From assembly GCA_958009085.1 (NCBI GenBank), contig OY253676.1, positions 62,001 to 126,000 on the forward strand: a stretch of DNA of 64,000 nucleotides. The letters are read 5' to 3'. The notes under the pieces are model-generated. The model was not told the origin of the DNA and did no database searches. It saw only the letters and a list, made by a program, of their open reading frames with translations. The DNA is from Protoeuglena noctilucae (lineage: Eukaryota). The translations under genes were made by a program, and so were the position numbers. Below are positions 24,660-37,649 of this stretch, one piece after another. Every line of letters begins with the position of its first letter. Position 1 is the stretch's first letter.

Positions 24660-27600
24660 ATGGCGGCCATGAAGTCCTCGGGGCTTCTGCCCGCGGCGTT
24701 GCGGGCAACCCTCGGCACCGAGAAGGAGGACGAGGGCAAGTCGCTCCGATTTGTCGCGGACTTTCAATTGAACGACACCGATGAGGTGACTGGCGGAGCG
24801 GCGGGGGCTGCAGAGGCCTGGCGCGGTCGCGGCAGCAGCACATGCACAGGCGCGTGGTGGGGCAGTGCTAGCGACGGTGCGAGGGGACGGGTGGCCGAGG
24901 CAGAGCACGACAATGTTGCTATTGCGTCCCTCAAACTTGCGCGCATGGGGACAGTTGCATCGCGGGTCCCTGGCGCCGCGGAGGGCCACGGGACGAGGCA
25001 TGCTGCCGTTGCCCGCCCGCCGTGCGTCCGCGACGGTGCCGTGTCCGCGCGCGTCTCCCGCAGGTCATGCAAATTCCCATCACGCGTCCGGGCCGCGGGG
25101 CCAAGGTGTGGAAACGGGCGGCGGCGAAGCTGTCGGAGGGTGAGTCGTGCAGTCAGGCACCCGGGAACGCGGCCCGGTCACACATAGGCGCTGTCCACTC
25201 GCTCACGTCTGTGTTTCTTGTGACGCCCTGCGTGGCTTGGACTTCCTCCCTGAGCCACTCAGCAGCTGAGCGCCCGCCCCCTTGCGCAGGGACAGGCAAG
25301 GCGATTGGCTCTCAGCACTCGGACGAGAATTTGAGCGAGATCCTCGTGCGCGTGGGGACTTATTTCGGCCGCGACCCGAACGTGTGGACGCGGGAGGGCG
25401 AGCAGCGCACGGAGGTGGTGGAGGAGGGCGGCAAGCGCGTCGTGAAGCGGATGCAGAAGTTTATGGGCTGGAAGCTCAGCCTCAAGCTGATGATGCCGCT
25501 TTACGACCCGCGGCTGAAGCCCGTCGAGGGGAGGCCCGAGCTGGACTTCTCCGTCGAGAGCATGATGATCGCAGGTGACCTGCGGGGGCGATGCTGTCGC
25601 GATGTCGCAACGACACGATCGGGCTCTGTCAGCTCCCGGCTTGCGAGGCATGTTGTCACGTCGCTGTCCCTTCGACATCTGCGTTGGCCCGACGAGGCGT
25701 GTGTGTGTGTGTGTGTGTGTGTGAGTAAGTGAGTCGCCCAGTCTTTTGTCGCAGACAATGACGTGTGGAATAAGGTCATCGCTGACCAGCCGTGGACGTC
25801 CCAGGAGGCCAGGCGGCGCGTGTGCCGACTCCTGGAGGCAAAGATGCTCAGGCGAGGACTCTCAACAGCACAGAGACGCTGCTCTGGGATGATGCATACA
25901 CCGGTGGACGCATGCCGTGGGTCATACGTGGCCGCCGTTGCGCGACACACCTCTCCCTTCATTTGTGTCTCTCTCACAAGCCCTCCCCTCCCCGGCATCA
26001 CCACACTCCCCTCTCACCCCCTCTTCACACACCACCCTCACCCACCGCATCCCCACCCCACCCCACCCCTCCCCCAGCCCCGAGGTCGACCTGCAGCTGG
26101 AGGGCCTCCACGGCGTGTGGGAGATGGTGGTGAACAAGGAACACCACGTGGACATCACGCCCTTGCAGATGCAAACTCTCTTAGACGCAGTCATGCACGA
26201 GGACATCCAGTGCGCGGCTGTGGCGACGGCTGCCATCTGGACCATGGCAGCGGCCCAGAAGGCCCGGGTGACGCTGTTGGAGAAGCAGGTGCTGGGGAAA
26301 CTGGTGCAGGCTGCCGAGAGGGCCATCCGGGCGGAGGACACGGGGAAGATGCCCGCGGGGTCGGCGCTCGGGTCGATGCGCGCGGTGAACCGGCCCCACC
26401 ACAACCTCTCGCGGCCGGCGACTGCCGAGGGGGCGGAAAGGCCAAACACGGGTGAGTTTGGGTGGCGGGTGACAACTTTTGCATGGTTGCTTGCACTGAC
26501 TCTTTGCAATGCACTCGCTCTGCGCACCCCCTCTGCATCGCACCCACTGTGTCATGTCGCATCTGCACCCTCAACTCACTCTCACCCCACCACCCCCACC
26601 ACCCCCGCCATCTCCACCACTCCCAACCCCTGCACCCCTTCCGCCCCTCCCCCTTACAGGCCCCACCCCCATGGCGCACCCCCCTCCGGTCGCCGAGGAG
26701 CCTTCCAACCCCGATGCTGAGCCCATGGAGGCCGAGGCGCCGCCAGAGCCCGAGGAGGACTTCAGCGTGTGGGCGCAGTACCAGGAGTGCGTGCTGGGGG
26801 CGTTCGGGGTGCTGTTTGTGGACCGTGCGGCCAGGGAGCGGTATGTGGAGCTGGATCCCGATTTGGCGGTGCTGGTGCGGCTGTCGCAGGGGGAGGTGCA
26901 CCCGGGTGAGTTTGGGGAAGGGGTGTGGGTGTGAGTGTGGGTGTCGATGTGGGATGGAGAGGTGCACCCCTGACTGGACGAAGCATAGTCATTCGTGTGC
27001 AGTAATTGCCCTGAGTGAGCCACAAGATAGCACTCGTAACCTCCTCCCTGTGTTGTATGCGCTGCAGAGTCCCCCAACGCGGGGTGGGTGGCGCACCGCA
27101 AGTCCCTGGCGGCCAGGAGCCTCTGCATGCTGGCCCACCGGGACCCGGCCGTCCGCATGCACATCGTCAAGCAGGCCGGGACCATGGCGAGTGGGGGCGG
27201 GCAGTTGGCAGTAGCAGATGCGACGAGCGGTTTTTGGTTATAATCCCCCTGGCTTTGACTCCTGTAACTACACGCAACTCACAAGCCCCTCGCCTGCATG
27301 CGCTCTACGTCCCTTGACCGCCACAGTCGCTCCCCTCATGTCGCTCCACGCTTACCCAATACAGCGCTTAGCACACCAGGATGTCATTCCATCTCCTCCC
27401 CTCCCCCCAGAACAACATCCTGAGCCTGATGGACATGCCTGCCACGCAGCCGGGCGCCGCGCACGTCAAGCTGTGCATGATCACGGTGCTGGCCATCATG
27501 GTACTGGACGACCCATGCATGGAGTACATCCGCACGTCACGCAAGGCGCACCCGGTGTTCTCCGCGTGCCTGCGGGTGCTGCAGGAGGTGCTGGACATGC

Positions 27601-30600
27601 TCACGCCGGGTACGGCCGTCTATCGCATGATCCCGGAACCCCGCGTGTGCCTGGCGATGGCCGAGGGCCTCGCGCAGGCCGTGTGGGGCGCCGCGTACGA
27701 TTGCTGCCTGCCCGGGGGCGGCAACATCACGGATGAGGAGGTCGGGAGGCTGTCGGCGCTGTCGTTCCAAGCGATGGCGCTGCAGAGGAGCGGCCTGGAT
27801 GCTGGCAGGGTCATTCGGTGTCTTACTTGTACCTTGGCCAACATGGCTGCCAACGAGGGCCTCGCGGGGGTCATGATGAGGTCCAGGGCCAAGACGCCGC
27901 CTCCACCGGACTCCAACGTGAGGCGCCATGCGATGATGTGTGGGGGGGTTGTGTGTGTGCATGTTTTCACATTCCCGCAAGTTCACATCACCGCATTCCA
28001 TGCCTGCCGGTGTGCCCTTCTCTGCTCTTCCTGTGCACCACCCTGAGATGTGACCGACTCTAAGCAGCCACTCGTCGTCGACCCCCCACACCCTCCCGCT
28101 CTCTCCTATTCCCCCAGGAGCCCTCGGACGCGGACGAGGACTACTACGGCTACGCCGGGCAGGCCTCTGTGAGGGAGAGGCCCCAGGCCGAGGCCCCCGC
28201 AGTGCCCGATGCCGAGCGAGACCTCGAGCCTGACCCATCTGGAGCGGGCGCCTTTCTTCTCTCCATGTTCGGGGACTTGGAGGCTTTCGAGGAGAAGGAC
28301 GAATGCGACGTCCGCACGAGTCTCATTACGGCCGTGGCGCTGCTGTCCGGGCACTCATTCGCTTCGCAAGGGGAGGAGTCCATGTGGGGCCCGTTCCGCG
28401 AGAGCCTGCTGCACATGGGGGCGTTCGAGAAGACGCTCCATGCGCTCAACAAACCCATCCGGGACCCCATCATCCGGGAGCTATGGTGAGGAGCGGGTTG
28501 GAGATGGCAGCGCGTGCACGCTGGCTGGCTGCTAACAACGCATGCTGCTGCGCGCGGCGGGGGCGCCCGCGATGCAACTGGGTTTGATCGTTGACGGTAG
28601 GGGCGTCTATTGCTTGTTATGATCGGGTGCAGGCGACGCGACAAGCGCTTGGCACGTCTGGCCGCGCATAGCATGCTGGTTCAACTGAACGACTTCTCCC
28701 CTGCGCTCTCTTTCCCCGCAGCGAGATCGCGGCTTCGTACGCGCTGATGCAGCTCTCGACAATGGTGGGCGAGGTCGATCCGGAGACGCTGCGGCTGTAC
28801 GTGCGCATCATGCACGACAAAAAGGCGAACGTGGAGCTGGTCGAGTACATGATGGCCGGAATGTGGATTCTGCTGCGGACGGACGCGAATCGAAGCACGA
28901 TGAACTCCATCGAGATGGAGAAGTCGGGGACGACGGAGGGGGCCGGGCGCGCGGTGGGCGGGGAAGGGTCCAAATCCACCGCCCGCCGCAACCAGGCGGG
29001 GTCCTTTTTGGGCGACCTGGACCAGCAGTTGGAGTTATCGGCTGCGATCCAGGAGAGCGAGGCCAGCCTGCAGAAGGCGGAGCAGGCCATGCGGTCGGCC
29101 GAGGCCAGCATCCAGAGCATGTCCATACGGCCCAGCGCCGAGCCCAGCATCCGGTGAGTGCGAAGTGGAGTGGGAGAGATGGGGTGTTGGATTGGTAGTG
29201 GTTACATGGCTTGGCCGCTGTGACATCCAATCCACGGCAGCGGTTGACTGCGACGGCCCGGCTCGCATGTAGCTGCCACTGTCAGTGTAAGCACAACTGC
29301 TGTCAGCACGTACATGGAGACAGCCCTCACAGACGATACAACTCTTAACCCCCACTCCCATCCCCCCACAGTTCCATCAAGCCCAAGAGCGGCAGCCCGG
29401 ACACCAGTCGCCGCGAGATGCCCACGACCGAGCAGTCGCTCGCATCGGTGCCCGAGGGTGGCAGCGAGGTCAGCGGCGCCAAGCACGACTCCCCTGCGCC
29501 CAGCGGCGAGGCCTCATTGGCCCGCGCGGGGGCAGAGGGGGCGGCACAGGGGCAGGGGTCGGCGGCGGGCGGTGGGGCCGATGGGGCGGAGGGCGGTGCG
29601 CGCAAGGAGGGTGCGATGGAGCAGGCGCTTAGCCTGGGCGCGGCGATGGCGTCGGGCGGGCAGAGCAAGGGCGAGTGGGGCCTCCAGGTCATTCTGGATG
29701 TGGGGTTCACGTGGGTGGGGAAGCTGCAGGGGGTGGGTTCGGATGGCGACGAGGACGCCCCCTTGGTGAAGCTGTTTGAGTTCCTCGTGTCTGGTCTCGG
29801 GCTGCTGATGACGGACGCGGACGTGGTGCCGAGGACGGAGGACGCGGAGGTGTACGAGGTGAGTGGGGGGTTGAGTGGGGGTTGCTGGGGGGAGTGGGAT
29901 GAGGCGTGCGAGGTGTGAGTGGGTCAGTGTGGTTGGGGCTGACGTTGAATGGAGGGGAACGAGGGTAGCAGTGAAATGACTCCCTTGCTGTTCGGTTCCA
30001 ACTCGCCAGTCACATGATTTGACAATGACGCCGGTCGTTGCATGTCGGTCGCATCGATGATGACACCCCCACACCACCCCACCCACTCCACCCTCCCAAC
30101 CCCCCCACCTGGCAGGTGGCTCGCTTCTCCCGGCCTCGCCCGCTGTACCGCGACCCCCGTGGCCTGCGCACTCGTCGCCAGCTGCGGGAAGACGAGGGGG
30201 GGGACGTGCCCGTCGGTTACATGGGCATGACCATCCACCCGCCCGAGCAGCAGGAGGAGCTGACGGAGGTGAGGGGAGTAATGGGACGAACAGTGGTTAG
30301 TCACTGAGGTTAGGGGAGTGGTGCGATGAGTAGTGGCGTGCGTGTGTGCAAACCCGACCACCGCGCACGATTCGCCACCGGCACCCTCGCCCTCATCCTC
30401 ACCCTTAACGTCACCCCCACCCACCCTCACCCACATCCCCGCCCTCACCCCTAACCTCACCCCCTTCCCCACCACCCCACCCACCCCCGCAGTCCTTCAG
30501 CAAAGCCCTGGAGCTGTTGGTCGAGCTCCTGGCCCTCAAAGAGCCCGTGACGGCCAAGATCATCCAGCTGACCATCAACAGCCTCTGGGGGGTGGTATTA

Positions 30601-33600
30601 GCCAACCAGTTCGCCGAGCGTCGCGTTTTGGACCTCGGCGCCACCCCGCGTTTGCTCGCCATCTGCCGCAACGCCGCGCTCCCACCCAAAGTCCGCGACT
30701 CATCGGCGGGCATGCTCTGCGATCTCTACGAGTACTTCCCCAACCACGCGCACATGGGGGGCATTACCCCCACGCTGCGCACCTTCGTGCATTTGGTGCA
30801 AACGGGGGTCCCTCTGTTGGAGCACAGGGGGGCGCTGTCGCTGGGGAGGGCGGCCTACCGCGCCCCCGCGCAGTGCGACGAGCCGGGGTTCCAGATCAAG
30901 GGTGAGATGAGGGGGGAGTGGGTGGTGTTTGATGGTGTGACCCATCACCCACCACGTGCATGCCTAGCACAGTACAGCACTGTTGTACTTACCAAAATTA
31001 CAGACCGGATCGCTCCACTCTCCCCTCCCTTACAGTCCGCCGCAAGGTGGCGCGCGTGGGCGGGGTGCGCGCCTTGGTGGGCCTGGTGCAGCACACGCAC
31101 AGCCGGTACCAGACGCTTTTGGAGATGGGCAGTCTGCAGCAGGAGCAGGTGGACCCCACGGAGGCCAACGCCAAGAAACTGGCGCGCATGTTCGACAGGG
31201 TGCAGGGGCAGCTGAAGGTGAGAGTGGGTATGCATGTTTGAGGAGATGGGGTGGGAGTGTTGGGCAGGGTGCAGGGGCAGCTCAAGGTGAGGGGGATGGG
31301 ATGAGAGTGTGCAATGGTGGCACGCATGTTCGACAGGGTGCAGGGGTAACTCAGTCCTCTACCATCCACAAGGCCCACATGAAGCAGCGATCGACATATC
31401 TGTGTGTCTCACTCCCTCGCAGACCATCCACAAGGCGCACAAGAAGCAGGGCCAGGACGGCCTGGGCGGCGCTCAGCAGATCGACTATGCGAATCGTGAG
31501 ATGACAATGATCAAGGCCCTGGTGGTTAACCGGAACAACAAGGAGGCCATGGGTGAGCGAATATGGCTGATGGTTAGCATGGATTGTAGTTAGTGAGACT
31601 ATGGTTGCCACCATTGCTTCTACTTATCCTGACTTATGGTCGTCAACAATAATAGTTACCATCACTGCTGATGACCGCCATTATCACTGATAATAATCAA
31701 CAACAATAATAACATATTCATCTCCACCCCCTTGTCCCTCCCCCAAGCCTCCGTGGATGCCGGGCTGGAGGTGGACTCGATGGACTTTTACGACGCGATT
31801 GTGGAGACGCAGGTCCTGGCACTCAAGGCGCTGCTCAACGTGTCCACATACCCCAAGAACCAGGCGAGGGAGGGGCAGTCGATGTGTTGGGGATGCATGT
31901 ATGGGTGTGCATATGGGCGATGCATGCATCCACATGCGTAATGAGCCCATGCAATACTGCGTCAGCACAACTACTGCTTCTTCACTCCTTACCCCTCACC
32001 AGTCCGCTCCCTCACTCCCTCTCTAACTCCCTCCCTCACCCCAACCCCTCCCTCTCCCTCCCCCAGGTCCGCATTGCCAAGGCCGGCCTCCTCACCCTGC
32101 TCGGCGTCAACAGCTTCTTCTCGGCCATGCTCCAGACGTCCCCACCGGGCACTCCCGAAGAAGAGATTCTCGTGCTTTCGTCTAAAGTGCTTCAGAACGT
32201 GGCTCTGCACCCGCTCAACCGCACCAGGCTATACCAGGCGGAGCTGGCTGGGGCCGTGCGCAAGGTGAGTGCGGGGGTGACGGGCATGCGACACGCGACC
32301 ACTAAGTTAGTAATGTTTTCACCACCGTCAGGGCCGTGTTCACCCTCAGCAGCTGCAACCCTCGACGCGCGTTGATCAACCAACACTTGTCCCCATCTCC
32401 CCATCTCTCTCCCCTATCCCAACTCTCTCTCTCCCCCTCCCAACTCTCTCTCTCCCCCACCCCTACCCCCCAGGTGGAGGTGATGGCGGAGGGCAAGCTG
32501 GCCGCGAAGGGCCTGGTGCCGATCTGGGGCCCGCTGGACAAAAAGCGCACCCCTTTGTTACGGTCCCCATCGCACGGCGGCAAGGCACTGCGGCGGGGCA
32601 AGGGCGACCCGCAGCACCGCAGCGCGCGGGGCTTGCACGGCGAGCAGAAGGCGCCCGTGCAGCCGGGCATGTCGAGCATGTCGCTGGGGGAGAGCCTGAG
32701 GGTGTACCTGCCGCTGACGGTGCCCAAGGGCAAAGCGCCCACGGACAGCATCCCACTCGCGGAGATACAGAGGCCCAAGGCGAGGAGATGGAGGGGGGGT
32801 GATACTGGTATTGATACTGATACTGATACTGATACCGATACCAATACTGTTACTGATACCGATGCGACTGCATTGGAGGCTTATCTCATCGCTGCATCGA
32901 CCGCGCTCATCAACACCCACTTCTCACCCCTCACTTACCCACTCCCTCGCACGTAAATCTCCTCACTCCCACTCACCCACTCACCCCTCTCCCACCCCAG
33001 GTCATGTTCCCCCCCATCGACACCCGCTCCCCCTCCGCCCTCGCCCCCACCGCCCCCGCCGTCTCCCAGCCCCGCGACCCCAGCCTGGTGCCCCAGGCAT
33101 GGCGCGGCACGGGGCCGACCAAGGACCGATTTGCCGACTGGGCCACGCAGACCTTCCCGGCCAGGAACGAGGACGGGAGGTCGATATTCTATGCGGACTC
33201 GTCGGACTCGGACGATGAGCTGGTGAGGGATGGGTGATGGATGTGGGTGCATGGGGAGTGGGAGCGTGTGTTTGGAGATGGTGGGGGGCTGCATGGGAGC
33301 GTGCGGGAAGGTGTGATGATTGAGGATATGAGAGGAGGAGACCTCGGCTAAGCTAGTGCAGCACGTCTGCTCTGTCACGCCACTCTCTCGCCCGTGCTGC
33401 AAGCATTTTTGCTTGTCAAGTTAACAATCGAATCCGCTCTCTGCACAGGGCAAGCTGGAGGAGGAGCGCGAGCTGCGCCTGCAGCTCCCCGCCCTCAACC
33501 AGTCCCTCCGCAAGCCCCTCTCGCACATGTGGGAGCTCCCGCCGGAGCACCCGCTGCGCCACGGCAAGGCCAGGTGGAACCCTCGGGTGTCAGAATACGT

Positions 33601-36600
33601 CCAGGCGAGCCGGGCGCGGATCGCTGCGGCGGGCCGCGCGCAAGAACTGTATTATTAGCACATATATTTAACGATTTCATGGTAAGCTTACCACGCGATC
33701 GCTCTCCGCGTCCGCAGTCGTCGACGTCTGACGCGCGCCCGGTGCACGACTCTGCCGTGCCCCTGCTGACGGTGAAGGACCCGAACCGCCACTCCCCGCA
33801 TCTGATGACGGCGTCGCTGGAGCTGAGCCAGACCGGGCAGCTGCCGGCCTTCCCGGACGATGCGGTGGTCACTGGTCGACCGGCCACGCCCGACCGAGGC
33901 AACGGCCGCGTGCCCCTGGTTCGATTCCTGCCGGAGAAGGAGCTGCCGTTGGCGATGGCGCTCAGCAAGCGCGGCAGGGACAACCGCAGGGCCAGGGCCG
34001 AGGCGGACAAGCTCGACGACGTCATGGTGAGGGGAGGGGGCAGTGGGGGGGGGGAGGGGAGCACTGCACAGCGACGGGGGCTGCGTGGCATGATCACATT
34101 CACAAACCACATTTCACCCCTTCTCCCTCTCAGCTCAAGGTCCAGCTGGCCCCCAACACCCCCCGCACCTGCATTGGCTTCGAGGCCACCGTCAAGGACT
34201 CCCGCGCCCCTTTGCGTGGCCGCCCTCGGCTGACCATGTTTGAGCACAGGCACGGGGCGCTGGTCTACGAGAGCCAGGTGGAGCCGTATCTGTTGCCCAA
34301 TGGGAGGAGCGCGTTTTTCTACTTCGACCCGGGCGACATGCACGACGAGGTGCCGGTCAAGGCGGGTGAGTGTGGGGGGGAGTGGCCTGGCGTGTGCGGT
34401 GGAGTTGGGTTGATGAGTGGTGATAGGTGAATGAGAGGGGAGTGGCATGCACGACGAGGTGCCCGTCAAGGCGGGTGAGTGGGGATGAAAGGGGTGAGTG
34501 GCACGCCCCCTGCATGGAGCTTTGGGCAGCAGCGCTCCCCACCCCTCTATTCCCCACGTACCACCGCCCCCACCCTTTCCACCCCCCCCAGGCGCCCGCC
34601 CCCAGCGCCCCAGCACCTTCCCCTCCGCCCTCCAGCGCCATATGCCCCTCGCCGCACTCCTCGACGTCATCTCCAAGCCCCCGGGGTCAGGGGTCGACAT
34701 CGTGCTGCTCAAGCCACTGCCGCAGGCGAGAGATGGGGGGGTCAGGATTGTAGGGAATGGGAGTACACTGTTGTGCTTATATGCAAACGTGCTTGGTGTT
34801 GCAAGACCGCAATACGCACGCATCTGCCCTTCCCCTGCCGCACCACCCCTGCCCCCCCCCCCCCCCCCCACACCCGCACATGCTCACCCCCCCCACCCCT
34901 CCTTACCCCCCCAGCTGGCCCGCCTGCCCTCCATGCACACCCTCCCCGTGCGCAACCCGGAGGTGCTGGAGGCCTGGGCGTTCGGCGACTTGGAGGAGAT
35001 CAACCTGCATTTCGTGCTCATGGTGGAGCGCACGGTTAGAGAGGACACGGACATCGCGGTGCATGAGGTGGAGGCCCCTCGCCCCAAGACGCCCTGGCGA
35101 CTGCCCGAGAGCATCTTCAAGCCCAGGCTCAAGGAGGCGGACAGCAAGGGGTTCTTCGACACACACCAGGTGAGGGGTTAAGCGAGCAAGGGGATGGGCG
35201 AGTGGATGGGCGGGGGAGGGGATGGGTGAGGGTGGTGACGTCGTGCGTGAGAGGGAGCATGTGTGGGAGCGAGCGAACAAACCTGCAAGCAAGCTAACGT
35301 GCTTTCGTTGGTGCAAATCACTATTCCTGCTTTTCTTCGTTTCCTCACCCATCAACCCCCCTCCCTCCTCCCCCCTCAGATCGAGGACCGCAACTTCGAG
35401 CGCAACTGGAAGCGCATGACCAGCAAGGAGAAGTTCATGTCATTCCTGGAACGAGAGGCACGCGGGCAGAAGGACAAGGACGTGAAGGCATTAGTGCGCG
35501 ATCTGCAGAAGCTCTTGCGCAAGCACTATGCGGTCATCAACGCGGTGTTCACCTACTACGCGATTGTCGGTGGCGGGTCGCCCTACACGATGGAGCTCAA
35601 CGACTTCACGAGTTTGCTCGAGACGTGCAATGTGCCTGACAAGGAGTCGGAGCTGTGCAAGAAGTCCGACTGCGACACAGTGTTCATCCAGTGCAACTTC
35701 CAGGCGAGGGGGGAAGGAATGGGATGTGGTGGGGGTAGGGGTGGGAGTGGGGTGCGGATGGTGGAAGTGGCTGGGTGGGTGTGGTGTAGGTGGCAGTGGG
35801 GGTGACGAGAGACACATGCGTACGCCACCCAACTCACGCACCCATTCCCCACCCAACTATCCACAGGAGAACAAGAACTCGATGGAGGCCAAGGTGGCCA
35901 CGGAGCACTCGATGCTGAGGCACGAGTTTTTGGAAGCCGTCATTCGCCTGGGCGTCAACAAGTACGGCAAGGGGCAGCAGACGACGGAGGTGGTGGAGGC
36001 CGTCGAGACGATTCTGGAGAACAACCTGCTCGCGTTGGTGCCCGAGGCGGCCAAGCTCGAGGCCAACCACTTCCGGTGAGGGCTTGGGGTTGGGGGTGGG
36101 TGGGGGTGTGGAGGTTGGTGTGCATGCGGGGCGATGAGAGGAAAAGGGTGGATGCGGAGAGCGCGGTGGCTGATTGCGGGGGGTTGCCGGGTTGCAACAG
36201 TGCTACCACCAAGAACCCTCTTTGCGATAATCGCTCATCGCTCATCGCTTGTCGCTCGTCACTCATGGTCACCCATCGCCCTCCGCAGCCGGGAGCGCCT
36301 GTACTTCGAGGAGGTCGACTTGCTGCTCAAGCGCTTCAAGAAAGAGCTCACGATGCTGTACATCCGCTACCGCCTGCCCCCCAAGGGCGGCGGCCTGCGC
36401 CCCAAGCTCTGGAAGCAGTACTGCTGGGAGGGATTCGTGAACGACGCGAACCTGATCGACGACACGCTCTCGATCCAGCAGTCGCTGCTCTCCTTCGCCC
36501 AGTCGCGCATGATGGTGGCCGACGAGATTGCGCAGTGGGCAAAGTACGAGACCATGACGTTCGTCGACTTCCTCGAGGCGCTGGGAAGGGTCGCCGACAT

Positions 36601-37043
36601 GAAATCGTGGCCATCCGTCGCCGACGTCAACGCCATGGTGAGTCCGCGTGGGCTTGGAAGAAGAGCAATGGCGATTGGCAGGCAGGTGTGCTGGTTGACA
36701 CCACGGCCGATTTCACAGTTGCTGATACATAAGCAGCGCATCGATGGTCCTCGCCGATACAATACATATTAATTCGCTCTTTCCTCCCATCGTCGCCCCG
36801 CAGGGTTACGACGACATGCTGCAGTGGCGTTTGGCGTGCGAGTCCGGGGAGGTGGTGCTGCAGCGTCGGCCGAGCATGGAGCTGTCCGCGCCCAAGACGC
36901 GGCCGCTGTGGGTGAAACTCGAGGCATTGCTCAACTACATCTTCCGGAGGCTCATGTACGTGCCGGGGGAGCCCATGGCCACCTTCAGCATGGACGCCTT
37001 CTACAAAAAGATGAAGAAGATCGACCACGACCTCGGGTCCTGA
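24660..37043 (+). CDS. Large armadillo-like/helical repeat protein with a conserved C-terminal domain, probably flagella-associated; ~28 exons
   Basis: Exons splice in frame from MAAMKSSGLL to KKIDHDLGS*. ARM-like helices include AVATAAIWTMAA, LTCTLANMAANE, MMAGMWILLR, TINSLWGVV, LKALLNVS and SKVLQNVALHPLNRTRLY. The C-terminal block (WRLPESIFKPRLKEADSKGFFD...CKKSDCDTVFIQCNF...LRHEFLEAVIRL...NHFRRERLY) resembles flagellar-associated proteins as recalled. Confidence 0.75.
25699..25722. repeat. (GT)n microsatellite in an intron
   Basis: About 12 GT units. Confidence 0.95.
32801..32863. repeat. (GATACT)n hexamer microsatellite in an intron
   Basis: gatactggtattgatactgatactgatactgataccgataccaatactgttactgataccgat. 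Confidence 0.9.
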
Positions 37044-37649
37044 TGCGCGATTGGCATGTCCTTGCGTGTCCATCCTAGCTACGGCAATGCGTGTTTGAAG
37101 CTTCGCAGTCTGCACGTGCTGGAAAGGGCGTGACGCTGCTGGGAAATGCTCAGGGCCTTGCGCTGGTAGCCACAAGGCCTATTAGCAGCATATCTCCGAT
37201 CGCTGGTCGCGCGTGAAATCCAGCGGTGCCTTGGTTGTTGCTGGGCGAGGGACTTTGGCAATTTGACAGGTGGGAGCAGGCTCGCGTCCAGCCGACAGGT
37301 CAGCGCGCATCTTGGTTCCAAAATCAGCTCTTCGTTGGCTTCGATGATTGCGGTGCTTGCGCCAAGCGCCAGTCTGTGCCGCATCCCTAACTTTGGAGTC
37401 GAGCGCGTTCCGAATCGCCACTCAGCTGTCGATTCGATCACGTCGCGCCAAGTTCGGTCACTGCTATCGTCCTCAGGGGCTCACGGTCCTCGGGCGACGC
37501 GGCGCAGGGCCCAACAGGCGGGGTGGCAAGGGATCCCTCCGCTTTCAATTGCGCGTCGAGGATGGGACAGGGCTGCAGCAGGGGCTCACAGGGCAGGTGA
37601 GGGCAGAAGCGCGGAGCGCGACTTCGCGCCGCGGCGTCCCCTTCCGCGA

